Below the pieces are notes generated by a model. The model was not told where the DNA came from. It did no database searches and saw only the letters and a list, made by a program, of their open reading frames with translations. DNA of 64,000 nucleotides from Victivallales bacterium (GTDB lineage: Bacteria; Verrucomicrobiota; Lentisphaeria; Victivallales; GWF2-50-93), in assembly GCA_049297395.1 (NCBI GenBank), contig JBAQUG010000221.1, positions 3,301 to 67,300 of the forward strand, in the 5' to 3' direction. The position numbers and the translations under genes are program-made. Positions 33,376-41,591 of the stretch are shown here, one piece after another. Position 1 is the first letter of the stretch. Each line of letters begins with the position of its first letter.

Positions 33376-33657
33376 TTGACGCAGGGACTGAAAAATCTGA
33401 GCAGGAAAATTGACGCCATATATGACATGCTCTGCAATTCCGGTTCAACCGGCACCGCTGCGCAGAGGGGAATTCCAGGTGGCGGCCGGGAGGCCGGACT
33501 TGAAAGGGCGATCGAAAAGGCGGTAGAGGTCCGGGAGGCCGAGCTTGAGAGGGCGATCGGAAAGGCGGTAGAGGACTTGGAAAGGACAAAGAGCAGTTTC
33601 AAGTCGAAGCAGATAATGGAGATAAAGAAGGAACTATCGAGGGCAATCGGGAGGTAA
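33376..33657 (+). CDS. Small hypothetical coiled-coil-like protein (93 aa, TTG start); coding status uncertain
   Basis: AAGGA lies ~7 nt before the TTG. The in-frame 15-aa repeats (REAGLERAIEKAVEV / REAELERAIGKAVED) come from a 45-bp tandem repeat. The ORF sits exactly between two A-type hairpins. Confidence 0.3.
   Translation: MTQGLKNLSRKIDAIYDMLCNSGSTGTAAQRGIPGGGREAGLERAIEKAVEVREAELERAIGKAVEDLERTKSSFKSKQIMEIKKELSRAIGR
33487..33576 (+). repeat. 2 x 45-bp tandem repeat
   Basis: Unit 33487-33531 versus 33532-33576 shows 5 mismatches by hand count. Confidence 0.8.
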
Positions 33658-33694
33658 ATATTCACTGAACGAACATAGTTCAGTGAATATTTAC
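33654..33694. repeat. A-type hairpin repeat (17-bp stem, 7-nt loop)
   Basis: GTAAATATTCACTGAAC-GAACATA-GTTCAGTGAATATTTAC. Confidence 0.7.
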
Positions 33695-33819
33695 AAGGGA
33701 AGAACCTTTCCTTAAAAGGTTTTCACCTCCCCGCATTCAGAGTTATGAAATCAGCTCAGTTTACTTAATTCGAACATTCAGGGGCGATTCGCGGGTCCGC
33801 CACGGGCGGACAAGTGGAA

Positions 33820-33886
33820 GGCGCAACGTGGTGGGATGTCTGTGGAAATCACGGACAACTCGTCTTGTTGCGCCTTTTTTGTTTTT
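33820..33886 (+). terminator. Stem plus T-tract (terminator-like; what it would terminate is unclear)
   Basis: GGCGCAAC (33820-33827) pairs with GTTGCGCC (33867-33874) and is followed by TTTTTTGTTTTT. The 39-nt interior contains a small GTG-GAAAT-CAC hairpin. Confidence 0.3.
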
Positions 33887-33893
33887 ACGAATA

Positions 33894-34199
33894 AATTTAC
33901 GTATAGGAATTTCAAAGTTTATGAATATCCAGCATTCAGTTTTTGAACTTCATCTTCTGCGAATTGTGAAATTCGTACATGGAGTGCGGCAATTCATTGC
34001 CGCCTTTAATGACGGAATTTATTCCGTCCTATCTAAATGCCGCGAAATAAATTTCGCGAAACAAGGCGGTAACAAGTTACCGCACTCCACGGAGCGTTGT
34101 CACGCTCGTAAATCAAAAATCCACTCCACTGCATGTTCAGATTATTTTCCCTTCGTCATTCGACTGTTCGATATTCAGAGTTGCGGCTCTTTGGCCGCC
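33894..34199 (-). repeat. Repeat element with conserved ends, copy 1 (inverted relative to copy 2 at 41210-41407)
   Basis: The ends AATTTACGTATAGGAATTTCAAAGTTTA (33894-33921) and AGAGTTGCGGCTCTTTGGCCGCC (34177-34199) are reverse complements of 41380-41407 and 41210-41232. The interiors differ. Confidence 0.55.
33960..34107. other. Phased array of six different perfect palindromes/hairpins
   Basis: The six palindromes are:
- CGAATT-GTGA-AATTCG (33960-33975)
- GCGGCAA-TTCA-TTGCCGC (33986-34003)
- GACGGAA-TTTA-TTCCGTC (34011-34028)
- CGCGAAAT-AA-ATTTCGCG (34041-34058)
- GCGGTAAC-AA-GTTACCGC (34066-34083)
- GAGCGT-TGTC-ACGCTC (34092-34107)
Their start positions are spaced 26, 25, 30, 25 and 26 nt apart. 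Confidence 0.6.
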
Positions 34200-34380
34200 C
34201 AATTGATACAAACACAATGGAAAGTCAGCTGCGGAATTCTAAAAAAATGGAGTCTTGCAATTGGCTCCTAAAGTAAAGGAGGGCAGTATTTAACTGAAGT
34301 CTGTGTTGGAGTGCCACAACCCCGCCGGGACGGCATCAGAAACAAAGTCTTAAAAAAGTATCCATGGAAAGGAAAGATGT

Positions 34381-37300
34381 ATGAGTAAGCAATTGCTGAC
34401 AGCACTTCTAATTAAATTGTATTTTAAGCCCACAGGCAATCCGCCGCGGCGGACTGTGTTACATTTACCATTACTGGCATCACTTCTCCTCAGCGTGGCT
34501 TTCACCTGCGCCAGCGTCGGGGCGACAACTATAAATTGCGATGTAAGCGCTGAAGTACATCCGGTGAGCCCTTATATCTATGGCTCAAATCTGACGAGCG
34601 GCGATCCTCAATGGAACAAGGATGTTTTATCATCGCAGGATATGGCCAACGCCAAGATGATGAGGTATTATCCAAAAGCACATTGGACAGATCCATCCCT
34701 GCAGAACATAGACTATTTCCTCAAATTCTGCGAACAGATTGGCACTGCTCCAAGTCTTGTCCCGACTCTTACTACGGATACGGCAAAGGAGGCGGCGGCA
34801 TGGGTTGCATATTGCAATGGCAATCCGGCGAATACACAAGTGATTGGCGTGGATGAAAACGGCTATGACTGGCAGACGGTGGGATATTGGGCTGGCAAAA
34901 GGGCAAATGGCGGATTGGATGGATCATGCGGACATCCCGCGCCGTACAATGTATTATATTGGGAAATGGGGAATGAATTATATGCAAACTCCCAGATTGG
35001 CGGAGCGGCCGGTTATGTCGCGCGGGTAAATAGTTATTCAGCCGCAATGAAGGCGGTTGATCCGAACATAAAGATTGGAGCGGGTCTGGTAGATGCAACG
35101 ACTTGTTGGAAAACAGGCGGGTATGATCAATGGAATAAGACGGTTCTAACCGACTCAAAGGATTATATTGATTTTGCCATGATAAGACCTTACGGCTATA
35201 AAATGATCTATGCGGATGGCAGCACGCATATGATGGCGCAAATGATATATCCATATTTTTGGGCTGAAAAATATGCTTCCGTCGAGTATATCCGCAACCT
35301 GATCACACAATATGCGCCAGGGAAAAGCATATCAATAAGCGCGACCGAGTATGGACTTGACTGTGCAGCAACTGTGCTGCCATATCTCTACAGCGGGATT
35401 GGCGTAGCTGAAATGGCTGGTGTTTCCGCAAAGCATGGCATGCATGCGAGTCTTTTATGGAAAATGTTCGACCCGGTATATGGTGCCAAGGATAGCCCGG
35501 CGAAAGACGCGGTCAGAAACCCGGCCTATCACGCCCTCGACCTGGTGGGGAACCATTCTGGTTCCACGTATATCCAGACAACCGTTGCTGATTCGCCAAT
35601 TTTCCATCTCAATCCGGTGATTGCTTCCTGGAACTGGGGTGGAAATGTCGGAAATGTATTTGCGGGAGACTATCCGCTTTTGACAGCGTATGCGACAAAG
35701 TCAACGGACGGGAACACGGTCTATATCCTGGTGATAAACAAAAGCATGACCCATGGCGACATCGCCTGCGCCCAGGACATATCCGCCAATATAGCACTAT
35801 CCGGATTTACACCAGGCCAGAATTCCACTGCATGGACGCTAAACGGATCTGACATCATCTCTGACAATAAAAGACAGGAGAACGTATGCATTAAAAAGAG
35901 AGTCTTTGCAACCACGGGATCCACTTTTTCATACACATTCCCCGCGCATTCAGCCACGGTACTGGAGATAAGAAGCTCTGCCTCTTCCATGCCCATAGCT
36001 GTGGCAAATTCGTCCACGAAAATTTCGAGAGTGGGCAAATCCATATCTTTTGACGGATCCGCGTCAATGGCATCATCCGGCGCAACGGTGGCATCGTATG
36101 CCTGGGCTTTCGGCGATGGCGCCACAAGCAGTCAAAAGACGGTCAATTACGCCTATGCTACACCTGGGTTTTATGATGTGGTGCTTACGGTCAGTGATTC
36201 AGAGGGAAAGATCAGCAAGGACACGCTCAGGATTGAGGTGAGGATGCTTGAGAATGCGTCTTTCGAGGATGACGCGGATCACAATACCATAGCGGATGGA
36301 TGGGCAATCACCGGGGTGAGCATGAAGACACTGTCAAGTGACGCCAAAGAAGGAAGCCGTTCGCAGCAATTTCAAACAACCGGGTACGGGAACGGGTTAA
36401 GCCAGGAATGGATAAGCGTCCTGCCGTCCACAACCTACACATTGTCGGCTTGGGTTAAGGTGGTGCAGGGGCAGGTCAGCATGCATGACTATGAAACAAA
36501 CGACAGTTGGCAGGTAATCGGCACAAAAGGCAGCAAGTTTATCGGTCCCTCGGATTGGACATACCATTCCATCACATTTACAACCGCTCCCAATGCCACA
36601 AAGGCAAGCGTAAGATTCTTCGGCTGGACAAGCGGCACGACGCTTGCCTATGTCGATGATGTAAGTTTTACGCGATGCAATGTCCAGAATCCATCATTTG
36701 AGATCTGGTCCAATAATATACCGCAGAACTGGCAGGTGCAGACCGGCACGGCAACCCCGTCAAATGATGCAAAAGACGGCGTATATTCCATAAAATATTC
36801 TGCGAACAGGCAGAATTATGCAGGATTGGTCCAGGAATGGATCAAGGTGAAACCATTTACTTCATATGTCCTTTCGGCCTGGGTGAAGGTAGAGCAGGGC
36901 CACCTTGAAATATTGGACGGTGAATGTACAAGCAACTGGGGGAGGTTCATTGGCAGCAGGGCGTATAAAAAAATAGGCGTCTCCGGCTGGACAAGGCACA
37001 TGATACCATTTACAACCGACAAGAACTGCACTTTGCTAAGCGTAAGGCTCTTTGGAGGATTGTCGGAAAGCACGGTTGCGTATATTGATGATGTGAAACT
37101 GGAGGAGGGCATGATTTCAAACTCCTCATTTGAAGTTGATGTGGGAAATGACGGGATTGCAGATGGTTGGCCCGTAATGGGGACTCCGCAGTGCAGCAGG
37201 TCGTCGGATGCCGTGGAAGGTTCGTATTCGCAACTGTTCCAGGCCCAAGGTATTAACGTGGACGGTATAGCCTCGAACGTCTTTGGGGTGCGGCCAAATA

Positions 37301-39999
37301 CGACCTACGAGATGACATTCTACGCAAAGGTGTCAAGCGGCGCGCTGGGTGTCTGGGACGGGGAGACGGGTTCGAGCGGAAACTGGCTGGGCTCGTGCTT
37401 CTACGAAGAGATCGGCGCATCTAATTGGAGCAGGCACTATATAACATTTACAACAAACCCCAAGGCGCAGCATCTCAACCTGCGGTTTACGGGAGCGGCG
37501 GATGGAACCGTTGCCCTGATAGACAATGTGACCATTGAAATGACCGGAGCTATTTCGTTGATTGCGCATGCCGGAGACGACCAAACGGTAAGCCGGGATC
37601 AGCCGGTCGCATTTGATGCCTCGCATTCATACAGCAGCAACACGATTACGTCCTATGCCTGGGACTTTGGCGATGGAACAAAAGGGACCGGCGTGTCGGC
37701 GAGCCATATTTATACCAATGGAGGAACCTATCCGGTGGCATTATGCGTGACGGATAATCTCGGGCATAAAAGTTTTGATACTGTAAATATAACCGTTGAT
37801 TATCCATTGATTGTCAATGCGGGCGCAGATAAGACAGTCCATGTGAGCGATATTGTGACATTCGATGGATCCGGCACAACGGATTCGGGCGGCAACATCG
37901 TTTCTTATGCCTGGGATTTTGCTGATGGAACACAGGGCAGTGGCGCAAAACCAACGCATGCGTATGCCGGCCCAGGGAAATATACGGCAAAACTCACTGT
38001 GACAGATGACAATGGGCATAGCGGGTTCGACACCGTAATAGTTACTGTCCAGGCTTATGCGTTCGTCGCAAATGCCGGGGTCGACCAGACGGCCAAGGTC
38101 GGTACCAGCATGACCCTAGACGGATCGAAATCCTACGACGGTGTCCCTGGACATACCATTGCTTCATACACATGGGATTTTGGAGATGGAACTCCGGACG
38201 GGAGTGGTTCCATAGTTACACACACCTATAATTCAGTTGGAACATATACAGCAAAACTGACCGTCGTGAATTCGGTTGGAGCGACGGCAACCGATACCGC
38301 CAGCATCAAAGTGAGGGCTCTTACTGCGGATGCGGGGCCGGATCGAAGTGCTGCGCCGGGGGATATTGTTGCTTTTGACGGGTCCAATTCATTCGGAGGC
38401 ATCGTTTCATATACATGGAACTTTGGAGATGGAACGACGGCAACCGGAGTGAAACCAACCCACTCCTATGCGAGTCCGAAAACATACACGGTCACCCTGA
38501 CAGTCCAGGATGCCGGGGGCGGCATTGCTACAGACACATTGAGCATGCTGGTGAATCCGGTCAGAAACTATTCCTTTGAAATTGATGCCGACAATAACAA
38601 CATAGCTGACAACTGGGCAATCACCGGGGCGAGCATGAAGACACTGTCAAGTGATGCCAAGGAAGGAAGCCGTTCGCAGCAATTTCAAACAACCGGGTAC
38701 GGGAACGGGTTAAGGCAGGAATGGATAATCGTCCAGCCATCCACAACCTACACATTATCGGCATGGGTCAAGGTGACGCAGGGGCAGCTGTGCATGCATG
38801 ATTATGAAACAAATAATAGTTGGCAGGCAATCGGCACAAAAGGGAGCAAGCTTATTGGTTCCTCGGATTGGACATATCATACCATTACATTTACAACAGC
38901 TCCCAATGCCACCAAGGTCAGCGTGCGATTCTTCGGCTGGATAAACGGCACAACGGCTGCCTATGTGGACAGCGTAAAACTTGAATTTCTGTCAGGTGCC
39001 GGAAACTCGCCGGCACAGGTGAAATCTGCGGCAGCCAGCATCACCGCCAACCGCGCGCCTACGGCCAGCACACAAAGCATGGCGGCCAACGGCGCACCGT
39101 TCGTCACGGTAACCGCAAGCACCTACGAGATAGACCTGTCACAGGCGAAGCAGGTCACGGTGACCGCGACGGCTATAGGTATGGACAAAAAGCCTCTGGC
39201 ATACTCCTGGAGCAAGGTCTCCGGACCGGGCTCCGCGAAGTTCGCAGTCCCAAATGCAAAGTCCAGCGAGGTCTCCTTCCTTACATCGGGCACATATGTG
39301 CTGAAGGTGAAGGTGAGCGACGGGAAGCTTTCGTCCTCGGGACTTGTCGAAATCAAGGTCGGCGATGAAGGCCTTGTCGCATGGTACGACTTCGAGAATA
39401 TCGGGAGTTCCACGGTTCCGGACGTGTCCGGCAACGCGCTTAACGGAACAATCAGCGGCGGAGTCATTCCGAACGCCGCGGGAGTCAGGGGCGGAAAGGC
39501 GCTCGAATTCAACGGCATGTCCGGAATGGTCACGGTCGCCGACAACGCGGCGCTCGACCTGACGACGGAGATGACGCTCGAAGCGTGGGTCTGCCCCGCC
39601 GGGCAGATGGACTTGGGAAGCACCGTGCTTGTGAAAGATGACGGCGCAGACAGCTCCGTGTACTGCCTGTACGCGAACGAGGACTCGAAACTTCCTGTCA
39701 TCGGCGCACGGACTGACAGCGAATACCAGGTGGCGACGGGGACTGTGCAGCTGATGGCAAACCGGTGGACGCATCTGGCGGGAACCTATGACGGCCAGAA
39801 CATACGGCTCTACGTCGACGGCGAGCTTGTGGCGACGGAGGCGCAGTCCGGTTCCATTCCGGTCTCAGGCGGACCACTCCGCATTGGCGGCAATGCCCTC
39901 CTTGGAGAGTACTTCGGCGGGCTGATGGACGAGGTGCGTGTCTACAGCCGCGTGCTTTCCGCAGAGGAGATCGCGGATGTTGCGGATCAGGCGAACTGA
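34381..39999 (+). CDS. Giant secreted multidomain glycan-active protein: clan GH-A-like catalytic domain, 4 CBM4/9-like modules, ~6 PKD domains, an Ig-like domain and a C-terminal LamG/ConA-like domain
   Basis: N-terminal hydrophobic signal-like segment LLASLLLSVAFTCASVGA. YWEMGNELY (acid/base GNE motif) and ISATEYG (candidate nucleophile) match clan-A glycosidases. PKD signatures YAWxFGDGT...Y...G.Y.V.LTV.D recur about 6 times. Four ~140-aa modules begin N(A/Y)SFE..., as in CBM4/9-type domains. The C-terminus LVAWYDFE...ALEFNG...MTLEAWV...WTHLAGTYDG..IRLYVDGELV...DEVRVYSRVLS is LamG-like. Confidence 0.8.
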   Translation: MSKQLLTALLIKLYFKPTGNPPRRTVLHLPLLASLLLSVAFTCASVGATTINCDVSAEVHPVSPYIYGSNLTSGDPQWNKDVLSSQDMANAKMMRYYPKAHWTDPSLQNIDYFLKFCEQIGTAPSLVPTLTTDTAKEAAAWVAYCNGNPANTQVIGVDENGYDWQTVGYWAGKRANGGLDGSCGHPAPYNVLYWEMGNELYANSQIGGAAGYVARVNSYSAAMKAVDPNIKIGAGLVDATTCWKTGGYDQWNKTVLTDSKDYIDFAMIRPYGYKMIYADGSTHMMAQMIYPYFWAEKYASVEYIRNLITQYAPGKSISISATEYGLDCAATVLPYLYSGIGVAEMAGVSAKHGMHASLLWKMFDPVYGAKDSPAKDAVRNPAYHALDLVGNHSGSTYIQTTVADSPIFHLNPVIASWNWGGNVGNVFAGDYPLLTAYATKSTDGNTVYILVINKSMTHGDIACAQDISANIALSGFTPGQNSTAWTLNGSDIISDNKRQENVCIKKRVFATTGSTFSYTFPAHSATVLEIRSSASSMPIAVANSSTKISRVGKSISFDGSASMASSGATVASYAWAFGDGATSSQKTVNYAYATPGFYDVVLTVSDSEGKISKDTLRIEVRMLENASFEDDADHNTIADGWAITGVSMKTLSSDAKEGSRSQQFQTTGYGNGLSQEWISVLPSTTYTLSAWVKVVQGQVSMHDYETNDSWQVIGTKGSKFIGPSDWTYHSITFTTAPNATKASVRFFGWTSGTTLAYVDDVSFTRCNVQNPSFEIWSNNIPQNWQVQTGTATPSNDAKDGVYSIKYSANRQNYAGLVQEWIKVKPFTSYVLSAWVKVEQGHLEILDGECTSNWGRFIGSRAYKKIGVSGWTRHMIPFTTDKNCTLLSVRLFGGLSESTVAYIDDVKLEEGMISNSSFEVDVGNDGIADGWPVMGTPQCSRSSDAVEGSYSQLFQAQGINVDGIASNVFGVRPNTTYEMTFYAKVSSGALGVWDGETGSSGNWLGSCFYEEIGASNWSRHYITFTTNPKAQHLNLRFTGAADGTVALIDNVTIEMTGAISLIAHAGDDQTVSRDQPVAFDASHSYSSNTITSYAWDFGDGTKGTGVSASHIYTNGGTYPVALCVTDNLGHKSFDTVNITVDYPLIVNAGADKTVHVSDIVTFDGSGTTDSGGNIVSYAWDFADGTQGSGAKPTHAYAGPGKYTAKLTVTDDNGHSGFDTVIVTVQAYAFVANAGVDQTAKVGTSMTLDGSKSYDGVPGHTIASYTWDFGDGTPDGSGSIVTHTYNSVGTYTAKLTVVNSVGATATDTASIKVRALTADAGPDRSAAPGDIVAFDGSNSFGGIVSYTWNFGDGTTATGVKPTHSYASPKTYTVTLTVQDAGGGIATDTLSMLVNPVRNYSFEIDADNNNIADNWAITGASMKTLSSDAKEGSRSQQFQTTGYGNGLRQEWIIVQPSTTYTLSAWVKVTQGQLCMHDYETNNSWQAIGTKGSKLIGSSDWTYHTITFTTAPNATKVSVRFFGWINGTTAAYVDSVKLEFLSGAGNSPAQVKSAAASITANRAPTASTQSMAANGAPFVTVTASTYEIDLSQAKQVTVTATAIGMDKKPLAYSWSKVSGPGSAKFAVPNAKSSEVSFLTSGTYVLKVKVSDGKLSSSGLVEIKVGDEGLVAWYDFENIGSSTVPDVSGNALNGTISGGVIPNAAGVRGGKALEFNGMSGMVTVADNAALDLTTEMTLEAWVCPAGQMDLGSTVLVKDDGADSSVYCLYANEDSKLPVIGARTDSEYQVATGTVQLMANRWTHLAGTYDGQNIRLYVDGELVATEAQSGSIPVSGGPLRIGGNALLGEYFGGLMDEVRVYSRVLSAEEIADVADQAN

Positions 40000-40226
40000 T
40001 CCTTCCACAGCACCAGTTGCCCTGTGGAGGTAAATATATCGTATAGAAAATTGTATTTTACGTGTCTTGGGTAGGGACGGCTCTCCGTAGCCGTCCGTTC
40101 TTAAGCGGCGCGTTACGGAGAACGCGCCCTACCTTAGACGCTTCGCGTCAAATCAAGTCCCGGCAAAGCCGGTTAAGTTCTCACTGAATACGTACCTGTG
40201 GGGCGACTGGTGCTGAGATGCGGAGG

Positions 40227-40267
40227 GTAAATATTCACTGAACTATGTTCGTTCAGTGAATATTTAC
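40227..40267. repeat. A-type hairpin repeat
   Basis: GTAAATATTCACTGAAC-TATGTTC-GTTCAGTGAATATTTAC. The loop is the reverse complement of the loop at 33654. Confidence 0.7.
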
Positions 40268-40276
40268 ATCTTTTTA

Positions 40277-40316
40277 GTACGGATTAAGTAAACGACATAG
40301 TTTACTGAATACATAC
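40277..40316. repeat. B-type hairpin repeat
   Basis: GTACGGATTAAGTAAAC-GACATA-GTTTACTGAATACATAC. It is homologous, in reverse orientation, to 15338-15378. Confidence 0.65.
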
Positions 40317-40378
40317 CGTTCTTCAGTGAGTGCCTGATGATATTGGCAACAATGTCTAGAATTATGGCTGTTTTGTGC

Positions 40379-40407
40379 TTTCACACAACTGTTATCAGAG
40401 GTATAAT
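40379..40407 (+). promoter_or_regulatory. Candidate promoter of prepilin-like module A (TTTCAC-N17-TATAAT)
   Basis: -10 TATAAT at 40402-40407 and a weak -35 TTTCAC at 40379-40384. The same arrangement is conserved at 46274-46302. Confidence 0.3.
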
Positions 40408-40433
40408 AACAGCAAAACAGGAGGGAGGTCAGC

Positions 40434-41210
40434 ATGGAAAATGAAAAACGCCCGATTGATATTTCCTTTCCGCAGGAAAGTAAATATATGTCCATACCGC
40501 ACAGCTTGACAGATAACATGGCCTTCACTCTCGTTGAACTCCTCGTGGTGATAGCGATCATCGCAATTCTCGCGGCCATGCTGCTTCCGGCTCTGAAGAA
40601 CGCTAAAAGCAGCGCGAAATCCATCAGCTGCATCGGAAACCTGCGGCAGATCGGCCTGGCCGGACAGAGCTATTCCATGGACAGCGGAGACTACATTTGT
40701 CCGTGTTTTACCAATCCGTGGCTGGGAGCGCAATTCCCCAACAACTGGACTGGACTGCTCGCCGGCTATATGGGACACTCCGGTACAAGCAACTTCCAGT
40801 CCGCGCAGGAGATGCCGGTGTACATCTGTCCAGAAATACCAACGCGTTTCGGATATGGTCACAACTATTTTTATTTGGGCTGGAATAGTGCATTGTGGGT
40901 CAAGTCAGGCAAAGTACGGAAACCTGAAGCAACTCTCTTTATTGTGGATCAAACCAAGGCAGTCGACTCAAGCGATCTCACTTTTTTAGGATCTACAGAT
41001 CCAAGTTATGACAGCAATTGGCTCGCATGGAATCCCCAGGTGCGTCCTCCTCCTTGGAGCCCAGGATGGGGAGCATTGGAAGATTATCGGGTTGACTTTC
41101 GCCACCCTGGACGGACGACTGACGTACTCTGGTTGGATGGACACGCCAACTCTGAATTCAGAGATCCGCTGGTGCGATCGAGCAGTGCTGCCTATTGGGA
41201 TTTAAATTAG
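40434..41210 (+). CDS. Prepilin-type N-terminal methylation-domain protein with a C-terminal H-X9-DG-type motif (pseudopilin-like), module A
   Basis: [40 protein letters not shown] is the type IV pilin/pseudopilin N-terminal helix. C-terminal [16 protein letters not shown] (H-x10-DG). Has an unusual 29-residue N-terminal extension, [29 protein letters not shown] plus one residue, before FTL. Confidence 0.85.
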   Translation: MENEKRPIDISFPQESKYMSIPHSLTDNMAFTLVELLVVIAIIAILAAMLLPALKNAKSSAKSISCIGNLRQIGLAGQSYSMDSGDYICPCFTNPWLGAQFPNNWTGLLAGYMGHSGTSNFQSAQEMPVYICPEIPTRFGYGHNYFYLGWNSALWVKSGKVRKPEATLFIVDQTKAVDSSDLTFLGSTDPSYDSNWLAWNPQVRPPPWSPGWGALEDYRVDFRHPGRTTDVLWLDGHANSEFRDPLVRSSSAAYWDLN

Positions 41211-41407
41211 GCGGCCAAAGAGCCGCAACTCTTATAGAATAGTTACAGAGGAGCAAAGGCATCCCGATGTCCAAAAGAGAATCGGGATAAACTCCGGCAC
41301 AAAGTTTTGAAAAATGCCAAATATCTAACATGTTGGAGTTCAGAACTTTAGTTGTGTCTTGATTTTTATTGATAATCATTAAACTTTGAAATTCCTATAC
41401 GTTAAAT
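41210..41407 (+). repeat. Repeat element with conserved ends, copy 2; begins on the last base of the prepilin-A stop codon
   Basis: GGCGGCCAAAGAGCCGCAACTCT (41210-41232) and TAAACTTTGAAATTCCTATACGT (41380-41402) match the ends of 33894-34199 in inverted orientation. This element is absent from the paralogous intergenic region at 47154-47210. Confidence 0.55.
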
Positions 41408-41591
41408 TAAGGCGGGCTCTGCCCGCAACCCAAACTCGAAATCCGAAACAAATTCGAAATTAATTAAATTTCAAATGTTTCAAACATTGTTTTGAAAATT
41501 AAGATTTTCTTTTTTCTCGAGCTTGTTTCGGATTTTATATACGCCTAAGACATAGAACTGTGAAATAAAGACACTAAGGGAGACTGAAAAA

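Noticed and set aside
33314-33694. Repeated identical hairpins with intervening sequence, considered as a possible CRISPR array.
   Set aside because: There are only two copies here, ~340 bp apart. Other copies are scattered kilobases away in both orientations. There is no regular 25-40-nt spacer periodicity and no cas genes.
33781-33886. GGGGCGATTCGCGGG... resembles the 5' end of tmRNA, and a stem plus T-tract follows it.
   Set aside because: No tRNA-like 3' end (T-arm GGTTCGA.TCC, CCA-proximal acceptor pairing) or tag reading frame could be found within the next 400 nt. The region is also too short for a tmRNA.
33828-34271. A 147-aa ORF spanning the palindrome array.
   Set aside because: It has a GTG/alternative start with no RBS. 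Its sequence is dictated by consecutive palindromes and repeat-element ends. It has no family resemblance and overlaps repeat copy 1, which is in the opposite orientation.
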